This document shows, one piece after another, positions 26,505 to 36,602 of a stretch of DNA of 64,000 bases. Both the position numbers and the translations under genes were made by a program. The stretch comes from Bifidobacteriaceae bacterium (GTDB lineage: Bacteria; Actinomycetota; Actinomycetes; Actinomycetales; WQXJ01). A model generated the notes under the pieces. That model worked only from the letters and a program-made list of their open reading frames with translations. It searched no databases and was not told where the DNA came from. Within the stretch, counting starts at the first letter, position 1, and each line of letters begins with the position of its first letter. The stretch lies in contig JAIRXP010000086.1 of the NCBI GenBank assembly GCA_031268215.1, forward strand, positions 2,747-66,746, given 5' to 3'.

Positions 26505-26677
26505 CTAATCACCTTACTAATAGATCGGCGCGATGACGGCGTCCAGGCCATCTCAAACAGGTTGAAACACGGCCGGGACCGGCCGCACAGTCCTCGGCGC
26601 GGCTGCGGTCAACCCGCGCTCAACCCGCGGACCGTCGGTCGGTAAACGTCCGTCGCGGCCTCCGGGGACGGCGGCCG

Positions 26678-26683
26678 TACAAT
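26678..26683 (+). promoter_or_regulatory. -10 hexamer TACAAT for leaderless metH
   Basis: TACAAT ends 8 nt before GTG 26692. There is no Shine-Dalgarno sequence. Confidence 0.45.
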
Positions 26684-26691
26684 GGCTGACC

Positions 26692-29600
26692 GTGGCAAGA
26701 GTCCTGGTGGCAGATGGTGCGATGGGTACTGAGATTCTGCGCGCCGGGCTCACCGCTAAGGACTACCAGGGATTTGACGGCTGCCACGACTTCTTGTCTC
26801 TCAGCCGGCCGGACGTGGTTGAAGACATCCATCGCGCCTACCTGGCGGCCGGCTGCCAGGCGGTTGAAACTAATTCGTTTGGTACCCATCCGCTGGTGCT
26901 GGCGGATTATGGGCTGGAGGACCGCGCGGCGCAGCTATCTCGGGCGGCGGCGGCCGCCGCCCGGCGAGCCGTCGCGGCGGTGTCCCAGCCAGACCGGGCG
27001 GGCCCACCGCCATTGGTGCTGGGCTCAATGGGACCGGGCTCGAAACTGCCGTCGCTGGGCCACGTTTCCTTCGCCGAATTGCGCCAGGGCTACGCGATCC
27101 AGGCCGGCGGCCTGCTGGTCGGTGGAGCAGATCGGATTCTGATAGAGACCTGCCAAGACCTCCTGCAGGCCAAGGCGGCGATCCTCGGAACCCGCGATGC
27201 CGACCGGTCAGCCCACATAACTGTTCATTTCACAGTTGAAACGACGGGCACCATGTTGCTGGGTACGGAAACCCCGGCCGCGGCCGCCTCACTGCTGTGT
27301 CTGGGGATTGATGGCATTGGTCTGAACTGCGCTACTGGGCCAGCCGAGATGTCGGAGCACCTGCGGGTACTGGCGGAGATCGCGGATGTGCCGGTCAGCG
27401 TTATGCCCAATGCCGGGCTACCAACGATTGGCCCCGACGGCGAGGCGCGCTATTCGCTGACCCCGGAGGAATTGGCGGATTGGCTGGAGCGCTTCGTGAG
27501 GGATTTCGGAGTAACCATGGTGGGTGGGTGCTGCGGCACCAGCCCAGCTCATTTGGCGGCGGTGGCGCGGCGGATGGACCAGCTGGCGGCCCAGGACGGA
27601 TCAAGCCTGGGCGGTGGGAAGGCCAGCGCCCCGGAGCGCGCCTCCAGCCTGGCGAGAGGCGGCCCAGGGCCGGGCAGCGCCGGAACGGTCGCGTCGTTGT
27701 ACCAGGCGGTCCCGTTGAGCCAGGAGTTGGCCTATTTGGCGATTGGCGAGCGGACCAACGCCAATGGTTCCAAGGCCTTCCGTGACGCCATGACCAGCGG
27801 AGACATCGAATCCTGTGTTCAGATCGCGCGCGATCAGGCCGCCGGTGGGGCGCATGTGCTGGATCTGTCGGTGGATTACGTTGGGCGTGATTCGCGAAGC
27901 GACATGGCGGCCGTCGCCGGCGCCTTGGCGACGGCTTCAACCTTGCCGGTGATGATTGATTCGATCGATCCAGCGACCATCCAGGTGGCCTTGGAGCATC
28001 TGGGCGGCCGGAGCTTGGTCAATTCGGTCAACTTTGAGGACCCGGAGCGGTTCGAGGCGATAGCCCAGCTAGTGGTGGAACACGGTGCGGCGGTGGTGGC
28101 GTTGACCATTGACCAGGCTGGCCAGGCCCGAACTAGCGACACCAAAGTGGCCATGGCCAGGCGGCTGATCGCTGAGTTGACCGCGCGGGGTGTGGCCTTG
28201 GCGGACATCGTGGTGGACCCGCTGACCTTCCCGATCGGCACCGGTCAGGAGGAGACCCGCCGCGATGCTCTAGAGACGCTGGACGCACTGGCCCGGTTGA
28301 GTGCCGAATTCCCTGCGGTTCATCTGATGCTGGGAGTGTCCAATGTCTCCTTCGGCTTGGCGCCGGCGGCGCGGGTGGCTCTGAACTCAGTCTTCTTAGA
28401 CCAGGCGGTCAAAGCCGGCCTGGACTCCGCGATAGTCCGGCCAGGCGGCATCTTGCCGTTGGCCAGACTTGAGCCGGAGACGGTGCGGATAGCCGAAGAC
28501 CTAGTGTTTGATCGCCGCCGCCTGGGCTACGATCCGCTGATGGCGCTGATTGAGGCGACCAGCGGAGATCTGGGGCCGGCGCCTCATCAATCGCGGCTGG
28601 AGGAATTGCCGCTGTTGGAGCGTCTGGAGGAAAGGTTGGTCACCGGCAACCGGTCTGGCCTGAACGAGGATCTGGACGCGGCCTTGGCGGCCGGCGTCAC
28701 TCCCCTCGGCATAATCAATGATCATTTGCTACCGGCCATGGAAAAGGTCGGTGACCTGTTTGGTCAAGGCCGAATGCAATTACCGTTCGTGTTGCAATCA
28801 GCCGAGGTGATGAAGTCCGCGGTGTCCTACTTGGAGCCGCACATGGCGAACCAGGCGGGGGAAACCAAGGGCACGGTCGTCTTGGCGACAGTGGCCGGGG
28901 ATGTCCATGACATTGGCAAGAACCTGGTGGACATTGTGCTGTCCAACAATGGCTTTACGGTCCACAACTTGGGTATCAAACAGTCGATTGGCCAGATGCT
29001 GGCCGCGGCGGAGGCGGCCGATGCCGACGTGATCGGTATGTCCGGTCTGCTAGTTAAGTCCACCCAAGTCATGCGCCAGAACCTAGCGGAGATGACGAAC
29101 CGGGGGGTGGCTGGGCGTTGGCCGGTGATCCTGGGCGGGGCCGCCCTGACTAGGCCTTTTGTCGAAGAGGATCTGGCCGGCGAATTCCCCGGTCGGGTGC
29201 GGTACGCCAAAGACGCCTTCGAAGGGTTGCGGATTCTCAACGACTGGCTGGGCGGAGCGGCGCCGCAGGGCGCGGATCCGCCCAGGGAGGGCCCACATAG
29301 TACGGACACTGCCGGTGGGGCCGCTGGGGGGTTAGGCGCCGGCGGGCTGGCCCAACCGCCCGGCCGCCGCCGCGCCCGTCCCAGAAGGGCCGTGCCCGGG
29401 GAGGAGCCTAAGGCAGAGGCGTCTGACGGTGAACGGTTGACGCGGGCCCAAATCCCGGTGCCGCCGTTCTGGGGCGTTCGGCACGCCAAGGGCCTTCCGC
29501 TCTCCGATTACCTGCCATACCTGGACAAGCGATCACTGTTTGAGGCCCGCTGGGGCCTGCGGGAAGGGCTCAGTGGTCTGAGCGTCCAAGAGCTGGCGGC

Positions 29601-30210
29601 CACCGAGGGTGAACCCCGTCTGGCCGCTCTGATCGAAAGGATCCGGCAGGAGGGACTGGCAGTGGCACAGGCGGCATGGGGCTATTTCCCGGTTCGCCGC
29701 GAGGAAGACTCCATCGCGGTGCTGGCGTCGCCCCAGGCGGACGCTGAGGTCCGGGCAAGGTTCGCTTTTCCTCGTCAAGGCGACGGGCACCGGCGCTGTT
29801 TGGCTGATCTGGTGGATCCTGAGGCCGTGGATGTCCTGGCCATGCAATTGGTGACCACTGGTCCTCGCTTCACCGAGGCCACCGCTGAGTTGTTCGCGGG
29901 AGATGACTACCGCGCTTACTTGGAATTGCACGGACTGGCGGTGGAACTGGCGGAAGCTCTGGCGGAAGCCACCCAGAGGCGGATCGCCCGGGGACTGGGG
30001 CTGGAACCTGGCCGTGGCCGCCGCTACTCGTTCGGTTACCCGGCCTGCCCTGAGCTGGCGCAGCGGCGAATCCTTTTCAGGCTGCTGGATGGCGGGCGGA
30101 TTGGTCTTAACCTGACCGAAGGTGACCTGCTTGAACCGGAGCAGTCGACTGACGCGTTGGTGTTCCATCATCCCCGGGCGACCTACTTTAACGTCAGGCG
30201 GAAGGTATGA
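26692..30210 (+). CDS. metH: Cobalamin-dependent methionine synthase
   Basis: All modules are present in order: Hcy-binding (LVADGAMGT), pterin-binding, B12 cap and binding (GDVHDIGKN), and the AdoMet activation domain. Confidence 0.95.
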   Translation: MARVLVADGAMGTEILRAGLTAKDYQGFDGCHDFLSLSRPDVVEDIHRAYLAAGCQAVETNSFGTHPLVLADYGLEDRAAQLSRAAAAAARRAVAAVSQPDRAGPPPLVLGSMGPGSKLPSLGHVSFAELRQGYAIQAGGLLVGGADRILIETCQDLLQAKAAILGTRDADRSAHITVHFTVETTGTMLLGTETPAAAASLLCLGIDGIGLNCATGPAEMSEHLRVLAEIADVPVSVMPNAGLPTIGPDGEARYSLTPEELADWLERFVRDFGVTMVGGCCGTSPAHLAAVARRMDQLAAQDGSSLGGGKASAPERASSLARGGPGPGSAGTVASLYQAVPLSQELAYLAIGERTNANGSKAFRDAMTSGDIESCVQIARDQAAGGAHVLDLSVDYVGRDSRSDMAAVAGALATASTLPVMIDSIDPATIQVALEHLGGRSLVNSVNFEDPERFEAIAQLVVEHGAAVVALTIDQAGQARTSDTKVAMARRLIAELTARGVALADIVVDPLTFPIGTGQEETRRDALETLDALARLSAEFPAVHLMLGVSNVSFGLAPAARVALNSVFLDQAVKAGLDSAIVRPGGILPLARLEPETVRIAEDLVFDRRRLGYDPLMALIEATSGDLGPAPHQSRLEELPLLERLEERLVTGNRSGLNEDLDAALAAGVTPLGIINDHLLPAMEKVGDLFGQGRMQLPFVLQSAEVMKSAVSYLEPHMANQAGETKGTVVLATVAGDVHDIGKNLVDIVLSNNGFTVHNLGIKQSIGQMLAAAEAADADVIGMSGLLVKSTQVMRQNLAEMTNRGVAGRWPVILGGAALTRPFVEEDLAGEFPGRVRYAKDAFEGLRILNDWLGGAAPQGADPPREGPHSTDTAGGAAGGLGAGGLAQPPGRRRARPRRAVPGEEPKAEASDGERLTRAQIPVPPFWGVRHAKGLPLSDYLPYLDKRSLFEARWGLREGLSGLSVQELAATEGEPRLAALIERIRQEGLAVAQAAWGYFPVRREEDSIAVLASPQADAEVRARFAFPRQGDGHRRCLADLVDPEAVDVLAMQLVTTGPRFTEATAELFAGDDYRAYLELHGLAVELAEALAEATQRRIARGLGLEPGRGRRYSFGYPACPELAQRRILFRLLDGGRIGLNLTEGDLLEPEQSTDALVFHHPRATYFNVRRKV

Positions 30211-31025
30211 GCGGGCAGGCGGCATCGGGCAACACCGGGCGGGACCTGCCGATGGGAGCGAGCCGGCTCAAGGGGGTCCTGTGGGACCTGGACGGGACGG
30301 TCATGGATTCCGAACCGGCCTGGTACGAGGCTGAGTCCACCTTGGTAGAACGGTTTGGCGGGGACTGGTCCCAGGAGCAGGCGGCTGGACTGCTCGGATC
30401 TGATCTGCAGCGCACGGCGGCGGTGCTTCAGGGGGCCGGGGTGTCCCTGGAGACCCGGCCTTTGATCGAGGCCTTGACTGAGATTGTGGCCCGGCGGGTG
30501 CTGGCCTCTCAGCCTTGGCGGCCGGGCGTGCGGGAAGCCTTGGTGGAATGCCGGACGGCGGGCGTTCCTTGCGGGCTGGTGTCAATGTCCTGGCGGCGGT
30601 TCACCTGGGCCGTGGCCGGGCTGGTCCCGGGTATGTTCGCGGCTGTGGTCTCCGGCGATGATGTCACACGGGGCAAGCCCGACCCGGAGGCCTACTTGAT
30701 GGGCGCCGCGAAGCTGGGTCTGGAGCCGGCGGACTGCGTCGCCGTTGAAGACTCTCCGACCGGCGTGGCGGCGGCCCGGGCGGCCGGCATAACGGTGATC
30801 GCGGTGCCGGGCACAACAGACGCCGGCAAGGACCTCTTGAGCACTGGCTTTGGATCACTCGCGGAGCTGGGACCAGGGTGCGAACCTGGGCTAACGGTCC
30901 TGCGGTCAACTGCCGAAATCAGCCTTGAGTTACTCCGCCAGATCCATTCGGGAAGCTCGGCACTTGACCGCCAAACAACGGGCATTGGTCCTGAAAAGAA
31001 CACCAGCCGCAGAGCGGGCCTTTGA
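30207..31025 (+). CDS. HAD-IA family hydrolase
   Basis: Motif I VLWDLDGTVMDS and motif IV VAVEDSPTGVAAARAAG. ATGA overlap with the metH stop. The 3' tail overlaps the convergent nuclease gene. Confidence 0.75.
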   Translation: MSGQAASGNTGRDLPMGASRLKGVLWDLDGTVMDSEPAWYEAESTLVERFGGDWSQEQAAGLLGSDLQRTAAVLQGAGVSLETRPLIEALTEIVARRVLASQPWRPGVREALVECRTAGVPCGLVSMSWRRFTWAVAGLVPGMFAAVVSGDDVTRGKPDPEAYLMGAAKLGLEPADCVAVEDSPTGVAAARAAGITVIAVPGTTDAGKDLLSTGFGSLAELGPGCEPGLTVLRSTAEISLELLRQIHSGSSALDRQTTGIGPEKNTSRRAGL

Positions 31026-31743
31026 CCGGCGGGAAGTCCTGAGCCTGGATCATGGCCTGGATCTGATCCCATATAACCGAGATGCGCAGGCGGACCGTAT
31101 CCAGTTCTCGGCTGGTGGGCACAGCCCCAAGGATTTGCCGGTTCCCCAAGTAGATCAGCTTGACGGCCTCCGGCATTTGGCCCCGGGCCAGCCAAATGAC
31201 CAAGCTATAGAAGCGGAGTTGGAAGAATACTTCGCTTTGGTAACGCGGCGCCGGTAGCTTGCCAGTCTTGTAATCAACTATCCGCAGGGCGCCGTCCGCT
31301 GGCGCCACGTCCAGCCGGTCGATGTACCCACGCAGCAGCGGGCCGTCCTCCAATTGGGCTTCTACCAGCAGCTCGCGGGCCTCCGGCGCCAGCCTGGAGG
31401 GATCCTCCAAAGTGAAATAGGAATCGATCAGGTCCCGGGCCCCGCCCAGGAAGGCTTCTTCTGTCAGTGTCCCGTCCGCGAAGAGTTGATCAACGCGGCC
31501 ATCGCGGTCCCGCAGTTTCTGGTACGACGCCGGCACCAGGCCCTGGGCGGCGGCGGGCGTCCGCTCGCGGGGCTCCAGGTCGAACAACGCTTCCAGCGCG
31601 GCGTGGACCAAGGTTCCTCGCATGGCGGCTGCTGACGGGGCCTCCGCGAACCGGTCGATCGCGCGGTACCGGTAGAGCAGCGGGCAGCGCATGAAATCTG
31701 AGGCGCGGGATGGGGACAAGCTGGTGACCGGCATGGGTACCAC
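30919..31743 (-). CDS. PD-(D/E)XK RecB-family exonuclease with C-terminal Cys cluster
   Basis: N-terminal [18 protein letters not shown], core GYIDRLD...IVDYKTG, and C-terminal [10 protein letters not shown]. Confidence 0.8.
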   Translation of the reverse strand: MVPMPVTSLSPSRASDFMRCPLLYRYRAIDRFAEAPSAAAMRGTLVHAALEALFDLEPRERTPAAAQGLVPASYQKLRDRDGRVDQLFADGTLTEEAFLGGARDLIDSYFTLEDPSRLAPEARELLVEAQLEDGPLLRGYIDRLDVAPADGALRIVDYKTGKLPAPRYQSEVFFQLRFYSLVIWLARGQMPEAVKLIYLGNRQILGAVPTSRELDTVRLRISVIWDQIQAMIQAQDFPPVKGPLCGWCSFQDQCPLFGGQVPSFPNGSGGVTQG

Positions 31744-31829
31744 CTTAGATGCGCGGAGCGCCGCTGGCGGGTAGTCGGCCGAGGGCGGACCGGTCGCTGC
31801 CCGGCGGTCATCGTGTCAGAGGTTGGCCC

Positions 31830-31835
31830 TACAAT
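31830..31835 (+). promoter_or_regulatory. -10 hexamer TACAAT for leaderless uvrA
   Basis: TACAAT ends 7 nt before the in-frame GTG 31843 (giving [15 protein letters not shown]). Confidence 0.4.
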
Positions 31836-31842
31836 CATGCGG

Positions 31843-34719
31843 GTGACTGAACGGCTGATAATCAAAGGCGCGCGTGAACACAATCTCAAGGACATCGCCG
31901 TTGACCTGCCCCGCGATCAGCTCATCGTTTTCACTGGTCTGAGCGGCTCCGGGAAATCATCGCTGGCTTTCGACACCATCTTCGCTGAGGGACAACGGCG
32001 TTACGTCGAGTCGCTGTCCTCCTACGCCCGGCAGTTCCTGGGTCAGATGGACAAGCCAGATGTGGATTTCATTGAGGGCTTGAGCCCGGCGGTGTCGATT
32101 GACCAGAAGGCCACCAACCGCAACCCTCGCTCAACCGTTGGCACCATCACTGAGGTCTATGACTACTTGCGGTTGTTGTTCGCCCGCACCGGTCTGCAGC
32201 ATTGCCCCGAGTGCGGGGCGGTCATCACTTCGCAGACCCCGGCGCAGATCGTGGACCAGCTACTGGCCTTGCCAGAGGGCACCAGACTGCGACTGCTGGC
32301 GCCCATGGTGCGGGGACGTAAGGGCGAATATGGCGATCTGTTCGAGGACCTTCGCGCCCAGGGTTTTGCCCGGGTGCGGGTGGATGGCGAAGTGGCGTCG
32401 CTGACTACGCCGCCGGTGCTGGACAAGAAGGTCAAGCACAGCATTGAGGCGGTGGTAGACCGCTTGGTGGTCCGTGAGGGCCAGCGCCGGCGTTTCACCG
32501 ACTCGGTTGAGACGGCCCTACGATTGGCCGATGGCGTCGTTGTAGCGGATCTGGTCGGCCAGGACCTCAGCGAGGCGGGTCAGGCGCTCCGGTTTTCGGA
32601 GAAGCGGGCCTGCCCAAACGAACACCAACTGGCCTTAGAAGAGATTGAACCGCGGACCTTCTCTTTCAACGCCCCTTACGGCGCCTGCCCAGAATGTACC
32701 GGCATTGGTACGCGTCTTGAGGTTGATCCGGAATTGGTTGTCCCGGACCCGGACCTGCCGCTGGCGGAAGGCGCTATAGCGCCCTGGCGGGGAGCGACTT
32801 GGGAATATCAGCGGCACGTACTGGAGTCGCTGGCCAAAGACCTGGGGTTCTCAATGGACGCCCCGTGGCGGTCCCTGCCAGAGCGGGCTCGCCAGTCGGT
32901 TCTCTACGGTGAGGACTTCCGGGTCCACGTCAAGTACCGCAACCGCTGGGGACGCCAGCGCCAGTACTCGACGGGCTATGAGGGAGTCATCCCGCAGATT
33001 GAGCGCCGCCACGTGGAGACGGATTCGGATTGGTCGCGGGAGCGGTGGCAGTCCTACATGAGGGAGGTACCGTGCCCGGTTTGCTTGGGTACTCGGCTGA
33101 AGCCAGAGGTCTTGGCGGTGACAGTGGGTGGTCTGTCAATCGCTGAGGTTTGCACGCTGGGGATCGCTCAATGCCGGAAGTTCCTCACCGAACTGGATCT
33201 GGACGCTAAGGCTAGAACCATCGCCGCCCAGGTGCTCAAGGAGATTGATGCCCGGCTCGGTTTCTTGCTGGACGTCGGATTGAACTATTTGTCCCTGGAC
33301 CGGCCGGCAGCCACTTTGTCCGGGGGAGAGGCCCAACGCATCAGACTGGCTACCCAGATTGGTTCCGGCCTGGTTGGGGTGTTGTACGTCCTTGACGAAC
33401 CGTCGATTGGCCTGCATCAGCGCGACAACCACCGCTTGATCGCCACGCTGACCCGGTTGCGGGATCTGGGGAACACCCTGATCGTTGTGGAACATGACGA
33501 GGACACCATTCGGGCAGCGGATTGGGTGGTGGACATCGGGCCGGGTGCGGGCGAACATGGTGGGGAGATTGTTCATTCCGGGGATCTGCCCGGACTGCTG
33601 AGCAATCCCCGGTCCCTGACCGGCCAGTACCTGTCTCGGGAACGGCGGATCCAGACGCCCGCCAAGCGGCGGCGGACCTCGAAACAACGCCGGGTGACGG
33701 TCCAGGGTGCGGTTGAACACAACCTCCGTGACATTGACGTGTCTTTCCCGGTGGGTGTGTTTACGGCTGTCACAGGGGTGTCCGGTTCAGGCAAATCGAC
33801 CCTGGTCAACGCCATTTTGTATAACGTGCTGGCGAACCAGCTGAACGGCGCACGCCATGTTCCCGGCCGGCACCGACGGGTGACTGGGCTGGAGCTGTTG
33901 GACAAGGTGGTCCACGTGGACCAGGCGCCCATCGGTCGGACGCCGCGGTCCAATCCAGCCACCTACACTGGCGTGTGGGACGCCATCCGCAAGCTGTTCG
34001 CTGAGACTCCGGAAGCCAAACTGCGGGGCTATGGCCCCGGGCGGTTCTCTTTCAACGTCAAGGGCGGGCGCTGTGAGGCCTGCAAGGGTGATGGCACTCT
34101 CAAGATCGAGATGAACTTCCTGCCGGATGTCTATGTGCCTTGCGAGGTTTGCCAGGGTGCCCGGTACAACCCGGACACCCTGGAGGTCCATTACAAGGGC
34201 AAGACGGTGGCGGAAGTGCTGGCTATGCCGATTGAGGAAGCGGCTGAATTCTTCCGGCCCATCACCGCGATCGCCCGTCACCTCGACACTCTGGTCAACG
34301 TTGGACTGGGTTATGTACGCCTAGGGCAAAGCGCCCCCACGCTTTCCGGCGGGGAAGCTCAGCGCGTCAAATTGGCCTCAGAGCTGCAGCGCCGGTCAAC
34401 TGGCAAGACGGCCTATGTGCTGGATGAACCCACCACTGGCCTGCACTTCGATGACATCCGCAAGCTCTTGGGCGTGCTTCAAGGACTAGTGGACAAGGGC
34501 AACACCGTGATTGTCATTGAGCACAACCTGGACGTGATCAAGTCCGCTGATTGGGTGATTGACTTGGGTCCTGAGGGCGGCTCTGGCGGCGGGTTGGTGG
34601 TTGCTGAGGGAACACCTGAGCAGGTAGCGGCGGACCCCAGCAGCTTCACCGGGCAGTTCCTGGCGCCGCTGTTGCGGCCGGCCGGTGACTTGGCTACCCC
34701 GGTGGCCGTCACTTGCTGA
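31843..34719 (+). CDS. uvrA: Excinuclease ABC subunit A
   Basis: Tandem ABC ATPase modules ([18 protein letters not shown]) and zinc modules. ATG 31837 is an alternative start. Confidence 0.95.
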   Translation: MTERLIIKGAREHNLKDIAVDLPRDQLIVFTGLSGSGKSSLAFDTIFAEGQRRYVESLSSYARQFLGQMDKPDVDFIEGLSPAVSIDQKATNRNPRSTVGTITEVYDYLRLLFARTGLQHCPECGAVITSQTPAQIVDQLLALPEGTRLRLLAPMVRGRKGEYGDLFEDLRAQGFARVRVDGEVASLTTPPVLDKKVKHSIEAVVDRLVVREGQRRRFTDSVETALRLADGVVVADLVGQDLSEAGQALRFSEKRACPNEHQLALEEIEPRTFSFNAPYGACPECTGIGTRLEVDPELVVPDPDLPLAEGAIAPWRGATWEYQRHVLESLAKDLGFSMDAPWRSLPERARQSVLYGEDFRVHVKYRNRWGRQRQYSTGYEGVIPQIERRHVETDSDWSRERWQSYMREVPCPVCLGTRLKPEVLAVTVGGLSIAEVCTLGIAQCRKFLTELDLDAKARTIAAQVLKEIDARLGFLLDVGLNYLSLDRPAATLSGGEAQRIRLATQIGSGLVGVLYVLDEPSIGLHQRDNHRLIATLTRLRDLGNTLIVVEHDEDTIRAADWVVDIGPGAGEHGGEIVHSGDLPGLLSNPRSLTGQYLSRERRIQTPAKRRRTSKQRRVTVQGAVEHNLRDIDVSFPVGVFTAVTGVSGSGKSTLVNAILYNVLANQLNGARHVPGRHRRVTGLELLDKVVHVDQAPIGRTPRSNPATYTGVWDAIRKLFAETPEAKLRGYGPGRFSFNVKGGRCEACKGDGTLKIEMNFLPDVYVPCEVCQGARYNPDTLEVHYKGKTVAEVLAMPIEEAAEFFRPITAIARHLDTLVNVGLGYVRLGQSAPTLSGGEAQRVKLASELQRRSTGKTAYVLDEPTTGLHFDDIRKLLGVLQGLVDKGNTVIVIEHNLDVIKSADWVIDLGPEGGSGGGLVVAEGTPEQVAADPSSFTGQFLAPLLRPAGDLATPVAVTC

Positions 34720-36361
34720 TCGTGACGCCGTGGTCCTTGAGGAATCCGACTGGATCAGTTGTGGCGCCGTTGACAATCATTTCAAAGTGTAGGTGCGGGC
34801 CGGTGGTCTGACCTCTGGCTCCGGTCAGGCCGATCTTTTGGCCGGCCACTACTTTCTCTCCGATGCTGACCAGAATGCCACCGTCCATCATGTGGAGGTA
34901 CTGGGTCTGTACACCACCGCCGTGGGAGATCGTTATGGTCGGGTTGCCGCCTGAATCTGTGAAAACCCGCTCAACTACGCCATCATGGGCGGCGTAGATC
35001 GGTCTGCCCGCTTTACCACTCGTCATGTCGACACCGGCATGGAACCGGGTGATGCCGTACAGCGGGTGGACGCGGAATCCGTAGGCTGAAATGACTGGGC
35101 CAGCACCAGGCTGAGTCCAGCCGCTGGAGGACACAGGATAAGGCGAATCCCCGCTTCGGAGTTGTTGCTTTTGCTTGGCGGATGACCACACTACGGAGCC
35201 GTCCGAGCCCAGGAACTGGAGGTCTCCTTCATCCGTCAGGACGAGGCGTGCGCCCGGACCGGACGCCTTGGCCGTCCAGATGGCTTTGTCCCCAACCACC
35301 ACCGCCAGAGCGCCCTTGGGATCTATGATCAGGTTGCCCTCTGGGTTGGGCGTCATGGCGAAGGACCAGATCTTCTGGCTGTTCTTGTTCAGCAGAGCGA
35401 CTCCGCCGTTGCCTTCCATCTTCAGCGTGTAGTCGCCGCTGGGGCTAAGTATGCCGTCATCAACGGCGATGGTCTGGCCCGGTAGGAACTCGGTGGGATA
35501 GCGGCGGGTAGTTTCGACAACGTGTCCCAGCACGGCTGGCTTGTGCTCCGGGAGCTGAATGAACAGGGTGTAGCTGTATTTTGTATTTGGCAGCAGGCCA
35601 GTGTCTACCGCCGTGCCTGGCTCCTTGCTCAGCGGGACCTCGACGCCTTCGGCTGGTGTCTGAGGGGCAGCATCGCCAACGCCGCGGCGCAGGGTCAGGT
35701 CCGCTTCGGGCTGTTTGTCCGGGGCCTCCCAGGTCAAAGTGAGGCTGGCCTCAGATTTGGCCGTTGTCTTGATCACCGCCTGGCTGTTGTCTGGCTGGGC
35801 GGCATTGGCGACTTGAGTGGTCAATGAACGCGAGGTGATGTCCGCCATGTTGCGACGGGAAACAACCTCAAGGGTCTCAGCGAGCGGCGTCAGCGCGTCG
35901 GTGCCGGGCAGCGGCGCAGCATAGGTCAGCGCGCCGCCAATACCCAGGAAGGCGCTACCGGCCAGCAAGGTTAGCGAGGCGGTCACCGCTGTGGCTCTGA
36001 TATGACGGCGCAGAGCCGGTCGGAGCCGATTGACGATGGGTGAGAACAGCCAGGAGAAGGCGTCACCGATTATCACTGATGTGCGGCCGGTCCACTGGCC
36101 TAGGGCCATGGCTACATTATTGACGACCCGGCCAAATGTGGGGCGCGGCTTCTTGGCCCGGCGGGCAGCAGCGCGGGTAGCGGGGGCTTCGCCCTCGGCG
36201 GCGTCCGGCTCTAGTGGGTTGGCGGACGGAGCCAGCCCGGCCTGCGCACTGGGGCTGGTGGCGGGTGCCTGGAGTGGTTCAACCAACCATGGCGCCCCTT
36301 GGTTCTCCAGCCTGAGTTGCTTCCGGGTGAGCGGTCTAGGCTCATCTGGTTCGTAACGCAT
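34709..36361 (-). CDS. M23 (LytM-type) peptidase with N-terminal TM segment, FN3-like and bulb-lectin-like modules
   Basis: C-terminal M23 motifs ([14 protein letters not shown]). The middle has three L-x-x-DG-x-L-x...W repeats (bulb-lectin/beta-prism II-like) and an FN3-like stretch (LTLTWEAPD...YSYTLF). The 3' end overlaps uvrA by 11 nt. Confidence 0.85.
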   Translation of the reverse strand: MRYEPDEPRPLTRKQLRLENQGAPWLVEPLQAPATSPSAQAGLAPSANPLEPDAAEGEAPATRAAARRAKKPRPTFGRVVNNVAMALGQWTGRTSVIIGDAFSWLFSPIVNRLRPALRRHIRATAVTASLTLLAGSAFLGIGGALTYAAPLPGTDALTPLAETLEVVSRRNMADITSRSLTTQVANAAQPDNSQAVIKTTAKSEASLTLTWEAPDKQPEADLTLRRGVGDAAPQTPAEGVEVPLSKEPGTAVDTGLLPNTKYSYTLFIQLPEHKPAVLGHVVETTRRYPTEFLPGQTIAVDDGILSPSGDYTLKMEGNGGVALLNKNSQKIWSFAMTPNPEGNLIIDPKGALAVVVGDKAIWTAKASGPGARLVLTDEGDLQFLGSDGSVVWSSAKQKQQLRSGDSPYPVSSSGWTQPGAGPVISAYGFRVHPLYGITRFHAGVDMTSGKAGRPIYAAHDGVVERVFTDSGGNPTITISHGGGVQTQYLHMMDGGILVSIGEKVVAGQKIGLTGARGQTTGPHLHFEMIVNGATTDPVGFLKDHGVTISK

Positions 36362-36602
36362 GCAGCGGGGTCCTCGCCTTTATCCTTGTCCGCGGTAGGT
36401 TGGCCAGGTACTGGGGTCCCGGCCGCGATCACCTAGCATCCTAACGTGATATGGCTCCTGCGTGTAAAGACGTTGGTCACTAATGTGCCCCTTTCTGCCC
36501 TCCCAGCGGGCAAAACGCCCGCCCGGCGGGGCCCGGCGCGGAGCCGGTCAGGGCCGGGGTCGCGCCGCCACATACGTCGCGGGAGCGATTACCGTAGGAC
36601 TT

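Noticed and set aside
26505-26691. Possible cobalamin or SAM riboswitch in the 187-nt spacer upstream of metH.
   Set aside because: I could not recognise a conserved riboswitch core by eye. A TACAAT -10 sits 8 nt before the start codon, implying a leaderless transcript with no room for an aptamer. An Infernal scan would settle it.
31744-31842. LexA/SOS box (TCGAAC-N4-GTTCGA) upstream of uvrA or elsewhere near the repair genes.
   Set aside because: I found only isolated TCGAAC half-sites, all inside coding regions (near 5142, 16387, 31566 and 37327), and none has the partner half-site. The imuA' upstream region is outside the window.
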